Shown: positions 40,662 through 50,490, counted from the first letter of the stretch. The stretch: DNA of 64,000 nt from Verrucomicrobiota bacterium (GCA_049510745.1 JBEKYR010000008.1:128001-192000); one strand, 5' to 3'. The notes: generated by a model not told the origin, from the letters alone. Translations and numbers: made by a program.

Positions 40662-41808
40662 ATGTTCGAGAAGATCATTGACCAGTTGCCCGCCGCCGCC
40701 GAAAAAGTTGCCCACCTGCGGAGGTTTCTTTGACGTGCCCAGCGTGCAGAAGCGCCTGGCGGAACTGGACGCTTTGATGGCCCAGGAAAACTTCTGGAAC
40801 AACCGCGAAAAGGCGCAGGGCCTCATCGACGAGGCCAACGGCCTGCGCAAAAGGATCGAACCCATCCTCAAAGCCGAGCGGCAAATCGACGATTTTCGCG
40901 TCATGCTTGAACTGGCCCAAGCGGAGCCGCTGGCCGAGCAGGCCAAACACGACGCGGAAATGGGACAGGAGTTGACCCGCTTTTGCCGGGACCTGGAGAG
41001 CCTGGAATTGAAGGTTTTTCTCAACGGCCCGCATGACAAGAACAATTGCATCCTGGGCATCAACGCCGGCGCCGGGGGCACCGAGGCCTGCGATTGGGCG
41101 GAGATGCTCCTGCGCATGTACCAGCGCTGGGGCGAAGCGCGCGGCTGGGAAATGGAATTGACCGACGTGCTGCCCGGTGAAACCGCCGGCCTCAAAAGCG
41201 CCACGCTCCTGGTGCGCGGCGATTACGCCTACGGCTTTTGCAAGGCCGAGCGCGGCGTCCATCGCCTGGTGCGCATTTCCCCCTTCGACTCCAACAAGCG
41301 CCGCCACACCAGTTTTGCCAGCGTGGACGTGATCGCGGAGATCGAGGAAACCAGCGCGGACATCGTCCTGCCCCCGGCCGAGTTGCAGGTCGATACCTAC
41401 CGTTCCGGCGGCAAGGGCGGGCAGAACGTCAACAAAGTGGAGACGGCCGTGCGCATCACCCACCTGCCGACCGGGATTGTGGCCGCCTCGCAAAGCCAGC
41501 GCTCGCAACACCAGAACCGCGCCACCGCCATGCGCCTGTTGATCTCCAAAATCTACGCCAAACGGCTGGACGAACAAAAGGCCGAGCTGGAGCGGTTCTA
41601 CGGCGAGAAAGGCGCCATCGCCTGGGGCCATCAGATTCGCAGCTACGTCTTCCAGCCTTACCGCATGGTCAAGGACCTGCGCACCGGCGCCGAAACCAGC
41701 AACACCCAGGCGGTGATGGACGGCGACCTCGACCCGTTCGTCAACGCCTGGCTCCGGGCCGGCTGCCCGGCCAAACGCCTGGCGGGAGTGAAGGACGACG
41801 CGGATTAA
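40662..41808 (+). CDS. prfB: Peptide chain release factor 2 with programmed +1 frameshift
   Basis: ORF1 MFEKII...RRFL then CTT-TGA-C (40728-40734) with GGAGG just upstream; ORF2 has SPF and GGQ motifs. Confidence 0.96.
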
Positions 41809-42588
41809 ATGCATATTCTTGACAAAATCGTCGCCCACAAGCGGAGCGAAGCCGCCCCGTTGCCGGCCCGCAACGTCACCGCCCCGGCCATCCGGGCAGC
41901 GCGTTCGGCGCCGCGCGATTTTTTGGGGGCCTTGCAACACCCGCCGCGCGGCGGGATGGCCCTCATCGCCGAAATCAAAAAGGCCTCCCCTTCCGCCGGC
42001 GTTATTTGCGCGGACTTCGATCCCGTCCGCATCGCGCGCCAGTTCGAGGCGGCCGGCGCAAGCTGCCTGTCGGTGCTGACAGACGAACGTTTCTTCCAAG
42101 GCTCGCTCGACCATCTGCGGCAGGTTCGGGCCGCGATCCCTTTGCCGTTGCTGCGGAAGGATTTCATCATCGACGAGCGGCAGATTCTTGAGTCGGCGGA
42201 GAACGGCGCGGACGCGATCCTGTTGATCGTGCGGATTCTGACGGACGCGCAGTTGAAGCATTTTCACAGTCTGGCGGCGGCCGCCGGCCTGGCCGCGCTG
42301 GTGGAGGCGCATGACGAGCGGGAATTGGAGCGCGCCCTGGCCGTCGGCGCGGACCTCATCGGCATCAACAACCGCAATCTGGACACGTTCATCGTGGACC
42401 TGGGGGTGACCGAGCGTCTGGCGGCGGGCGCCAAAGGCAAATTCATCGTGGCCGAGAGCGGCCTTCACACGCGCGCGGACGTGGAGCGGGTGCGGCGCGC
42501 CGGCGCAAGGGCGATCCTCGTGGGCGAGTCGCTGATGAGGGACATTGGCGGGATCGCCGCCAAGATTGCCGAACTGGTTCTGATTTAA
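41809..42588 (+). CDS. trpC: Indole-3-glycerol phosphate synthase
   Basis: IAEIKKASPS, SVLTD, LRKDFI, GINNRNL, VAESG, LVGESL. Confidence 0.95.
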   Translation: MHILDKIVAHKRSEAAPLPARNVTAPAIRAARSAPRDFLGALQHPPRGGMALIAEIKKASPSAGVICADFDPVRIARQFEAAGASCLSVLTDERFFQGSLDHLRQVRAAIPLPLLRKDFIIDERQILESAENGADAILLIVRILTDAQLKHFHSLAAAAGLAALVEAHDERELERALAVGADLIGINNRNLDTFIVDLGVTERLAAGAKGKFIVAESGLHTRADVERVRRAGARAILVGESLMRDIGGIAAKIAELVLI

Positions 42589-44327
42589 CCATTCGCCGCC
42601 TCCCGCGGTCCGGCGCCTCTTTTCGTTTCCTCGATCAGGCGGGCGAAGGTTTTTGTCTTGGCCAGCAGAGCGGGGTCTTGATCCAATTCCGCCACGGTGG
42701 CGTCCAGGCGCCGGGACCAGTTTTCCAGGCTGACGGCGCCGGGGGTGTTGAAGCGAGCGGTTTGCCCAAAGAGGTCGGTGATCATCACGACGGCGAGCCA
42801 GGAGTTGGATTCGAGAACCCGCCGCAGGCAGGCCTCGTGCAGGCGGTCGGTGAATTGACGCGGGGGCGGCTCGTCGCCAAGGCCGGCAAAGGCCATCAAG
42901 CGCCGGAGTTCGCGCTGGTTTTCCTCGACGTTCCGGCCGGCGTCGATGTTGCCCCAGCATTCCGCCCAGGCGGCGGCCAGCGGCGGATGGTCGTGGGTTG
43001 CGGGTTGGGCCAGCGACAGGCGCGGATACTTGGCCGGATCGCTGTAGCTGCCGTCGTGCTCGCGGAAAAGCGACGGGATGCGAAAACCGGGAATCCCCAG
43101 TTTGTGCAGGGTGACCGGGACATAATCGGGCACGACCCCCAGGTCTTCCGCCACGACGGTTGTGTCGCCGGAAGCTTCCTGCACGACGCGCAAGATTTCC
43201 TCGCCTTGCGCCTGGTTGGCGGCTTTGTGTTCGGGCGTGTCATCGGGAAAGGGCTTGAAGCCGGGCAGCCTGCCGCCGGTTTTGACGGCGGCCTGCGCCT
43301 CGTCCAGCGGCAGGAATTCGGCGTTGCGGTCGGGCGTCCAGGGAAAGGAATAGATGCGGAAGAAGCCGAGGGCGTGGTCGATGCGGTAAAGATGAAAATG
43401 CTTGCGGATGTTGCCGACGCGGGTGCGCCACCAACCAAAGCGGCGGCGGCGCAATTCGTCCCAGCGGTAATTGGGGATGCCCCAGTTCTGGCCCCACTTC
43501 TCCGTGAACGGATCGACCTTGAACACCTTTTCGGGCGGCGCGCCGCCGCTCCAGTCCAGGTCGAAGAGGGCCGGGTTGGCCCAGACATCGGCGCTGTAAC
43601 GGCCCACGCCGAAGGGGATGTCGCCCATGAGAAAGACCCGCTTCTGCGCGCCGTAACTTTTCAGGGCCTGCCATTGATCGAAGGCGATCCATTGCACGTA
43701 GGCGAAGAAAATCTGCTTGCGCGTCAACGCCTCGCGCCGCGCTTCCGGCAGGGCGAGCAGCCAGGTGTGGGCGCGGTGCGGGTCGCGATGTTCGGCCGGC
43801 CAGCGGTCCCAGGTGGGCAGGCCGCCGTTCTCCTCCATCAACGCGCGGAAGAGGGCGTAGTCGGAAAGCCAGTCGGCGTTGTCCGCCATGAAGCGGCGAA
43901 AGGCGGCGGCGCGCGGGGTGTCTTTGCGGAAATGGGACCGCAGGAAACTGCCGAAGGCCGCTTCCAACAATTGGCGTTTCAGCCCCCTGGTTTTCGGATA
44001 GTTGACAGACCCTTGCCGCAGTTCCGCCAGCAAGGCGGGCCGGGCGAGTTCCTGGAATTGCCTGGGCGGCAGGTCCGGCAGGCGGGCTGGCGAGACGGCG
44101 ATGGTTCCCGGATCGATGGCCTGGGAACTGATGGCGTTATAGGGGCTGTTGTCGTCGCTGGTTTCGTTGATCGGCAGGGTTTGGAAGAGGTGCAGGCCGT
44201 GGCGGTGGCACCAATCGATCATTTGGCGCACGCCCTCGGTGTCGCCGATGCCGAGGTCGTCAGCGGTGCGGATGGCGAAGACCGGTTCGAGGATGCCGGC
44301 CAGCGATTGGTCTGGACTTAATTTCAT
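42585..44327 (-). CDS. malQ: 4-alpha-glucanotransferase (amylomaltase, GH77)
   Basis: GIGD, QTLP, SPY, MGDIP, GQNWGIP, RIDH, AEDLG, THD, NTPG. Confidence 0.92.
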   Translation of the reverse strand: MKLSPDQSLAGILEPVFAIRTADDLGIGDTEGVRQMIDWCHRHGLHLFQTLPINETSDDNSPYNAISSQAIDPGTIAVSPARLPDLPPRQFQELARPALLAELRQGSVNYPKTRGLKRQLLEAAFGSFLRSHFRKDTPRAAAFRRFMADNADWLSDYALFRALMEENGGLPTWDRWPAEHRDPHRAHTWLLALPEARREALTRKQIFFAYVQWIAFDQWQALKSYGAQKRVFLMGDIPFGVGRYSADVWANPALFDLDWSGGAPPEKVFKVDPFTEKWGQNWGIPNYRWDELRRRRFGWWRTRVGNIRKHFHLYRIDHALGFFRIYSFPWTPDRNAEFLPLDEAQAAVKTGGRLPGFKPFPDDTPEHKAANQAQGEEILRVVQEASGDTTVVAEDLGVVPDYVPVTLHKLGIPGFRIPSLFREHDGSYSDPAKYPRLSLAQPATHDHPPLAAAWAECWGNIDAGRNVEENQRELRRLMAFAGLGDEPPPRQFTDRLHEACLRRVLESNSWLAVVMITDLFGQTARFNTPGAVSLENWSRRLDATVAELDQDPALLAKTKTFARLIEETKRGAGPREAANG

Positions 44328-44661
44328 GGTCAATTCGGGAAGACTATCCCCGGAGGACGCGGTGTTCGTCAACCTTCCTCCCACCGCATGGATATGCGAG
44401 TGCCAAAAGGGAGGGGGCGGCGCACTGGAGACTCCGTCATGGGATTTTCTGACGATCGGTGGCGAGGGAGTTCATAGTTGAAGAGGGCAGGCTTGTTTCA
44501 TCGATGGGTGTGATACCACAGGATTATGGATGCTGGCAAGAACTTTTTCCCGGAAAATCGCGAGGTCAGAATTAGTGGGTTGGGGAAAGGCGGGGGATTG
44601 CCACGATGGGGCAAAAGCTGTTTTTGCGCGAGTCCTCAGCCGTATCCATGTAGTTGAAAAA

Positions 44662-44846
44662 TGGTAGCGCGACCGTCTCGGTCGCTTCCAGTTGGCCCAC
44701 GCGCCAGCGTCTGCCCGACAATTTGTTCTGATGTCCCGCCGACTGGCTCTGGGTGCCAAACGAATCACCTTTCGGTGAACCCTCTCCGGGATCGAATGCC
44801 TTCGGCGAGACGCCGAAGGCTGCGGGCGAGGACGCCCGTGCTCCCC
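44662..44846. repeat. REPIN-like pair of inverted REP hairpins
   Basis: GTAG-cGCGACCGtctCGGTCGC at the left end; right end reads GGAG-CACGGGCG.tcct.CGCCCGC plus GCCTTCGGCG/CGCCGAAGGC on the minus strand, same architecture as the 1320-1370 core. Confidence 0.6.
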
Positions 44847-44868
44847 AATCCTTCTGCATCGTTCCGGC

Positions 44869-45405
44869 TCAGTCCGCGAATGGCGTCCAGTTTCCCAAAT
44901 CAGCGGCGGAGACCGCGGGCGGCGAGGGCGGGGACGGTGGCGAAGCCGGCTGGGTTGGCGTCCGCGGTTCTTTGGCTGTCTGGATGTTTGGTTTGTGTTC
45001 TTTGGGGGACTGAGTTTTGGCCGTTTTCCGCTCGAAAACCTGAATTCTTTCGCCGACCAGGGCCAGGAATGCCGGGGATTCGACCTGCAACTGGTGTGCG
45101 GTGACCAGGGCTTCGTCGATCTTGGCGGCGAGGAAGTTCTGGCAGGCTTCTTTGGTGAACGGCGTTTTGGCCGTCTTGAGGAAGCAGCCTTTGCCGGGGA
45201 TGATTCTGATAACGCCGAGGGATTCCAACTCGGCATAGGCCTTGGCGACGGTATTGCGATTCAAGCGCAACTGAGTGGCGAGCGGCCGGATGGTTGGGAG
45301 CGATTCTCCGGTTCGCAAGGCCCCGGAAGCCGCGCCGAAGCGGACCTGATCGACCAATTGCCGGTAAAACGGCACGCCGGACTTGACGTCAATCTGAAAT
45401 TGCAT
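44869..45405 (-). CDS. GntR-family regulator (YtrA subfamily)
   Basis: PFYRQL, LPTIRPLA..L.LNRNTVAKAYAELE, GKGCF; Pro-rich tail. Confidence 0.88.
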   Translation of the reverse strand: MQFQIDVKSGVPFYRQLVDQVRFGAASGALRTGESLPTIRPLATQLRLNRNTVAKAYAELESLGVIRIIPGKGCFLKTAKTPFTKEACQNFLAAKIDEALVTAHQLQVESPAFLALVGERIQVFERKTAKTQSPKEHKPNIQTAKEPRTPTQPASPPSPPSPPAVSAADLGNWTPFAD

Positions 45406-45445
45406 ACTGTCCTATGACAGTATTACCATGCGGCGGCGGGGTCAA
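45404..45445 (-). promoter_or_regulatory. GntR promoter with perfect operator palindrome
   Basis: TTGACC-N17-TACTGT; ATACTGTC-N4-GACAGTAT at 45404-45423 overlapping the -10 and the start codon. Confidence 0.7.
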
Positions 45446-45514
45446 GAGGATTTGCCGTCTTCAGGTCGCAAGGGATGCATTCCCCTCTTTTTTTGGGTGG
45501 CGGTTTTTGGTTCG

Positions 45515-45635
45515 TAATCTTAATCTTGCTCTTAATCTTAATCGGAATGAATTTCGATGCTCGTGGGTTTAACCAGAGCCAATTCTCATTACCGGTTGCA
45601 CGAGGGAGATTAGATTAGGATTAGGATTAGGATTA
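45515..45635. repeat. Inverted hexamer tandem repeats
   Basis: (TAATCT)n at 45515-45543 and (GATTAG)n at 45608-45635. Confidence 0.7.
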
Positions 45636-45649
45636 ATCAGCATTCGATT

Positions 45650-46240
45650 ATGAATAGAATCTGGAAAACCCATGTAATCCTGGGGCTTTTGGCGGCGGCG
45701 CTGTCCTGTTCAGGACAGGCCACCAACGAGCTCAGGGACGCCGTTGTCTTAATCATCCGCCACGCGGAAAAACCGGAGAGCGGGAAGGAGTTGACGGTCG
45801 AGGGCGAAGCGCGGGCGCAGGCCTACGTCAAATACTTCGGAGAGTTCCAGCTCGATGGCAAACCGCTCAAGCTGGACAGCCTGTTTGCGGCGCACGACTC
45901 GAAGAACAGCAATCGTCCGCGCCTGACGCTGGAGCCGCTGGCCCAGGCGTTGAAACTGCCGCTGGACAGCAGCTTCAAGGACAAGGAGCCGGAAAAACTG
46001 GCCGCGGAATTGCAGACCAAGCCGCACGGGAAGAACATTCTCGTCTGCTGGCATCACGGGGGGATTCCGGGTCTGGCGCGCGCCCTGGGCGCCGATCCGG
46101 CCACGCTCCTGCCCGGTGGAGCGTGGCCCGACAACGTCTATGGCTGGGTGATCGAATTGCGTTACGACGGGGAAGGCCGGCTGATACCGGGCGAATGCAA
46201 ACGGATCAACGAACATCTCATGCCGAAAGATGTTGAATAA
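45650..46240 (+). CDS. Secreted histidine-phosphatase-fold protein
   Basis: Signal/lipoprotein-like N-terminus; IIRHAEKP, SNRP..TL.PL, LVCWHH. Confidence 0.7.
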   Translation: MNRIWKTHVILGLLAAALSCSGQATNELRDAVVLIIRHAEKPESGKELTVEGEARAQAYVKYFGEFQLDGKPLKLDSLFAAHDSKNSNRPRLTLEPLAQALKLPLDSSFKDKEPEKLAAELQTKPHGKNILVCWHHGGIPGLARALGADPATLLPGGAWPDNVYGWVIELRYDGEGRLIPGECKRINEHLMPKDVE

Positions 46241-46358
46241 GAATTTCGTCGTTCGCCCCTTCGCCGCGGTGGGTCCATTTCACTGTTTTTCGGGTAGCCC
46301 CTCCTGCTCGTAATCGTAATGACAACGGGCTGTATGTTTGACTGACTGCGCGCTCAAC

Positions 46359-46736
46359 TCACGGCAGAACGTGCGTCGCCGGGACGATCCGGCAGACCGG
46401 CTTGGCCGCCACGTTTTGGGGAGCATAGCTCGTGGCGAAGGTCCGCGCGGGGTCTGCCGGACACGACGGCAATTCACCGCCGGCTGTGCGGCCCAGGTAG
46501 GGCTGGAGGTCGCTGTCAGCGGGAGTGTCGGCGTCCTGCTTGCGCGATTCCAACGCCCATTGCTGCTTGGCCCCGTCAATGAGGCGCAGGTTGCTGACGC
46601 ATCCGTTCATTTGGGCCGTCAAACGCGCCCGCACGAAGTTGGGGATGGCGATGGAGGCCAGGAGGCCCATGATGGCGACAACGATCATGATTTCCACCAG
46701 GGTGAACCCGGCTGGCCGGGTGATTCTGCTTTTCAT
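46359..46736 (-). CDS. Prepilin-type N-methylation domain protein (pilin/pseudopilin)
   Basis: GFTLVEIMIVVAIMGLLASIAIP, CVSNLRLIDGAKQQWALE. Confidence 0.9.
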   Translation of the reverse strand: MKSRITRPAGFTLVEIMIVVAIMGLLASIAIPNFVRARLTAQMNGCVSNLRLIDGAKQQWALESRKQDADTPADSDLQPYLGRTAGGELPSCPADPARTFATSYAPQNVAAKPVCRIVPATHVLP

Positions 46737-47014
46737 AACTGCATACCTTTCCGATGCGGCGTGAACCAGGCGGAAGGCGGGTTTATATAAGTGCGAATTT
46801 GTTCACGGATTGCCTTTTGCCAACCGCACCATGCCGTTATTAACCCCTCCCTCGCCGCATGGTTTCGGGTCGGGCGTGACACGGTCCGAGCGTCAGACGG
46901 CAAACGCCCGCCGCTTTTGTTGGCGCGGATCGCGGGTTTTTTAATTAACCGCAAAGAACGGAGAGAAACGCAAAGAACCAAAGGCACAGCAAGCCGCAAT
47001 CAAAAAAGACGTTT

Positions 47015-47096
47015 TTGACAGGATGAACAGGATTTACAGGATAAAATCTTCTTGTTCTTCCATTTCCGAATCCTGTTCATCCTGTTCATCCTGTCA
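47015..47096. repeat. Inverted 9-mer tandem repeats
   Basis: TTGACAGGATGAACAGGATTTACAGGAT ... ATCCTGTTCATCCTGTTCATCCTGTCAA. Confidence 0.8.
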
Positions 47097-47375
47097 ATTT
47101 TTTTCCGAGTGTGAACGGTTTTTGGGACAGCAGGGCAAAGCCGCAGGGTGAATATTTCTAATCCTCCGTCTTGCCCTCAGGCACTGGGGAGAGAGAATCA
47201 ATGTCTTCGAGCGCCGGCGCTGACAATTCCAGGCCAGATGAACTGCTGACCGTGCGTCCAATGGCCTTTCCGGGGTCCGAAAATTGGTTGCCGCTCCCGG
47301 CTAATGTGTGGCAGTATTCAGCACGCAACGAAGGCGCCGGCGAACGCCCGGTTTAAGGCGCCGGACTTCCAGAGT

Positions 47376-47451
47376 GCCCCTGTACCTCAAATGGATAGAG
47401 GAGCGGTTTCCTAAACCGTCCATCCCGGTTCAATTCCGGGCGGGGGTACCA
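47376..47451 (+). tRNA. tRNA-Arg (CCT)
   Basis: GCCCCTG/CGGGGGT+A+CCA acceptor; D stem CCTC/GAGG; anticodon GCGGT-TTCCTAA-ACCGT; T arm CCCGG-TTCAATT-CCGGG. Confidence 0.93.
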
Positions 47452-47452
47452 A

Positions 47453-48955
47453 TTATGCCGCGCAACATTTCCAGTTGACAGTGCGCATGTCGCCTGTTTC
47501 GGCGAAGGCCAGGTGCATGGCAAAAGCGGCGCTGAGTGTCGCCGGACTGTGCGCGGCTCCCGCCTGCGCCACGTAGTCGCGCAATATGGGGCGGTAATCC
47601 GGATGGGCGCAGTTTTCGATGATGGTTTTGGCCCGCTCCGCCGGACATTTGCCGCGCAGATCGGCGATGCCTTGCTCGGTGATGATGATCTGGACGGAAT
47701 GTTCGCTGCTGTCAAGATGACTGACCATGGGGACGAGGGTGCTGATCTTGCCGCCCTTGGCGGTGGAGGGGCAGGTGAAAATGGAGAGGAACGCGTTGCG
47801 GGCAAAGTCGCCGGACCCGCCGATGCCGTTCATCATGTTGCGCCCCAGCACGTGGGTGCTGTTGACGTTGCCGGTGATGTCCACCTCGATGGCGGTGTTG
47901 ATGGAGAGGATGCCCAGGCGGCGGATGATTTCCGGGCTGTTGGTGATCTCCTGCGGGCGCAGCAGCAGCTTGGAACGAAAGGACTCGATGTTCTGGTAGA
48001 TGTCGCGCAGGACAGGCTGGCTCACGGTGAGCGAACAACCGCTGGCGAAGCGGATTTTCCCCTGGTTGATCAGCGCAATGACCGCGTCCTGAATCACCTC
48101 GGTGTACATGTCAAACCTGGGAATTTTCGGGTGCTCGCCCATGGCCTTGAGCACGGCGTTGGCGGTGTCGCCGACCCCCGATTGAATGGGCAGGAAGGCG
48201 GCCGGGATCAGCCCGCGTTGCAGTTCGGCGGCGAGAAAGTCGGCGACGTTTTCACCAATGCGCGCCGTCGTCTCACCGATGGGGCTGAAAGCGCCCACTT
48301 CATCGGGTTGATTGGTTTCGACCAGGCCGGCGATTTTCTTCGGATCGACTTTGATCGTGGGCACGCCGATGCGGTCGTTGGGGCGGACAATGGGCACCGG
48401 TTTGCGGTGAGGCGGGTCCTCGGGTTCGTAGATGTCGTGGAAGCCGCGCAGCGCCTGGGAATGGAACTGGTTCAGCTCAATCAAAATCTTGTCCGCCACG
48501 CGGCAGAAGGTGGGCGCGGCGCCGACAGAGGAGGTCAGGGTGATTTCGCCGGAAGCGGTGACAGCGCAGGCTTCGATCACCGCGCAGTGGATCGGGCCGA
48601 GAAAGCCATAGCGCACGGCCTGGGGCAACTGCGACAGATGCATGTCATAGAATTTGGTCCGGCCCTCGTTGATGCTTTTGCGCAAATCAGGATCGTTCTG
48701 GTAGGGCGTGCGGAAAAGGATGGCGTTGGCGCGGGCGAGCGAGCCATCCAGCGACTGGCCGGTGGAAGCGCCGGTGATGACGCCGATGCGAAACGGCTGG
48801 CCGGCGGCTTGCGCGTTGGCGGCGCGGGCGGCGATGGCCTTGGGGATTTCCTTGGGAGCGCCGGCGGGCGTGAAGCCGCTGAAAGCGAGCGTTTGGCCGT
48901 TTTGAATCTGGGCGGCGGCCTCGGCGGCGGTGAGACGCGGGAAGGTGTCTTTCAT
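47453..48955 (-). CDS. Succinate/propionate CoA-transferase (acetyl-CoA hydrolase family, ScpC-like)
   Basis: SGFTPAGAPK, GASTG, PIQSGVG, GNVNSTH, MMNGIGGSGDF. Confidence 0.9.
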   Translation of the reverse strand: MKDTFPRLTAAEAAAQIQNGQTLAFSGFTPAGAPKEIPKAIAARAANAQAAGQPFRIGVITGASTGQSLDGSLARANAILFRTPYQNDPDLRKSINEGRTKFYDMHLSQLPQAVRYGFLGPIHCAVIEACAVTASGEITLTSSVGAAPTFCRVADKILIELNQFHSQALRGFHDIYEPEDPPHRKPVPIVRPNDRIGVPTIKVDPKKIAGLVETNQPDEVGAFSPIGETTARIGENVADFLAAELQRGLIPAAFLPIQSGVGDTANAVLKAMGEHPKIPRFDMYTEVIQDAVIALINQGKIRFASGCSLTVSQPVLRDIYQNIESFRSKLLLRPQEITNSPEIIRRLGILSINTAIEVDITGNVNSTHVLGRNMMNGIGGSGDFARNAFLSIFTCPSTAKGGKISTLVPMVSHLDSSEHSVQIIITEQGIADLRGKCPAERAKTIIENCAHPDYRPILRDYVAQAGAAHSPATLSAAFAMHLAFAETGDMRTVNWKCCAA

Positions 48956-48965
48956 AGTCAATCAA

Positions 48966-49721
48966 TCAGTCAATTTCTCTCAAAGAGCGGACTTGATGGG
49001 CGTGGTAAGCGGTTTTGTGGCCGGCCTCGCTCAAAAGCAGCAGCTCCCCATTTTCGCCCACACCGGCAAAAGTCCCGCGGCGGAGGTCGCCATCCAAGTC
49101 GAGTTCGACCCGGCGCGGGCCGCCCCAGAGCTGGTTGACGCGCGGGAGCAGCGCGGAAAAACCGCCCGTTTGCATCTGGCCCACGACCGAGCGCAAGCGG
49201 CTCAGGACAACGCGGGTGAGATGGCGCAAGTCCGGCGGGGAGGCCATTAGATCGGCCAGGCGGACGGTTTGATTTGTCAAGCCGGGATCGTGAGTTTCAG
49301 GGTGATTGAAAACGTTGATGCCGATGCCGGCCACGGCCAGTCCGGGAACGGTCTGTTCGAGCAGCAAACCGGCCAGCTTGCGCTGATCCACCAGCACGTC
49401 ATTGGGCCATCGGACGCGCAACTGTTTCAATCCGATTGACCGCAGCGCATCGCACACGGCCAGGCCCACCGCCAGCGGCAGGGCCTGCCAATCGGAGGCG
49501 TTCGGTCCGGTTGGAACAACGGCGGAGAGCCACAGGCCGCCTTCGTCAGAAACCCAGCCGCGCTGAAAACGTCCCCGCCCGGCGGTCTGGCTGTCGGCGC
49601 GGACGGCCTCCCAGGCGGCAAGATTGGCGGCGACGAGGTTGGTCGAGTCAGTGACCGGAAGCTCATGGACACGCCAGCCCTCACAAAGAAAACAGCAACC
49701 GTCTGTCGCCGCAAGCGTCAT
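48966..49721 (-). CDS. birA: Biotin--protein ligase (no HTH)
   Basis: DSTN, QTAGRGR, WPNDV, KLAGLL, GIGINV. Confidence 0.9.
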   Translation of the reverse strand: MTLAATDGCCFLCEGWRVHELPVTDSTNLVAANLAAWEAVRADSQTAGRGRFQRGWVSDEGGLWLSAVVPTGPNASDWQALPLAVGLAVCDALRSIGLKQLRVRWPNDVLVDQRKLAGLLLEQTVPGLAVAGIGINVFNHPETHDPGLTNQTVRLADLMASPPDLRHLTRVVLSRLRSVVGQMQTGGFSALLPRVNQLWGGPRRVELDLDGDLRRGTFAGVGENGELLLLSEAGHKTAYHAHQVRSLREID

Positions 49722-50116
49722 GGTTTCAAATCCTCAATCCGCGCCAGCACCTGGCCTTCTTCGACCGCCGCACCGACCGTCGTGAGGATTTCCGCCACTC
49801 TCCCCGATTTGGAGGCAAAGACCGAGGTGTTCATCTTCATCGCTTCGATCGTCAGGATATGATCGCCCTGTTTGACCTCCTGGCCGGGTTTGGCAAGGAT
49901 GGCGATGATTCGGCCGGCGAGAGGGCTGGGCACCTCTCCGGGGCCGGCGCCGGCTTTTGCGCTGGGCGCGGCCGGGGGAGGAGGAGGCGGCGCACTGACG
50001 GGAGGCGCGCTTGCGGAAGGCGGCGGGCCGGCGGGAGAGGCGCCCGGTTCATCGGGGATTTCCACCGTCACCTCGTAGGCTTTGCCATCCACCGTGACGC
50101 GAAGTTTTTTGATCAT
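49718..50116 (-). CDS. Biotin carboxyl carrier protein (transcarboxylase 1.3S / MmdC-like)
   Basis: LRVTVDGKAYEVTVE, Pro/Ala linker, EAMKM biotinylation motif. Confidence 0.92.
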   Translation of the reverse strand: MIKKLRVTVDGKAYEVTVEIPDEPGASPAGPPPSASAPPVSAPPPPPPAAPSAKAGAGPGEVPSPLAGRIIAILAKPGQEVKQGDHILTIEAMKMNTSVFASKSGRVAEILTTVGAAVEEGQVLARIEDLKP

Positions 50117-50136
50117 AGTTCTTATCGGCAAAATGG

Positions 50137-50484
50137 TTAGCGGACCCTGTGAGACATGAACTGCTCCACGCGGCCTTCCATGGCCCAAATGTTTGGCGCC
50201 CCCGTGGGCGCGGCCGCCTGCTGCACGGCGACAACCCGGTAAGGCCGGTCAAGTACAACCGTGATCGCCGCGGCGATGACAGCAAGAATCTGAGGAGGCA
50301 CCGGTTCCGGCACGGGCAAGGTTTTTGGCGGCGCGGCGACGGGCGCGGCCAGCGCGGGCGCGGAGGCCGCCGGCGGTTCTGACACGGGGGGTGCGGACGG
50401 CTTCTTGCGGGACACCCACAGGTGGTAAAGCGTCACCACCAACAGTGAAATGGCAACCTGGATGAGAAGCGCGGGGATGGACAT
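50137..50484 (-). CDS. OadG/MmdD-like membrane-anchored small subunit
   Basis: N-terminal TM helix, Pro-rich linker, LAVIAAAI, WAMEGR. Confidence 0.7.
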   Translation of the reverse strand: MSIPALLIQVAISLLVVTLYHLWVSRKKPSAPPVSEPPAASAPALAAPVAAPPKTLPVPEPVPPQILAVIAAAITVVLDRPYRVVAVQQAAAPTGAPNIWAMEGRVEQFMSHRVR

Positions 50485-50490
50485 GGCGGT

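Noticed and set aside
35096..40678. Apparent 1860-aa and 1155-aa overlapping proteins
   Set aside because: Each N-terminal extension is the antisense of the other gene; real starts are 38857 (-) and 38945 (+).
46790..46840. sigma54 promoter for the pilin gene
   Set aside because: GGCA candidates lack GC at the required -24/-12 spacing.
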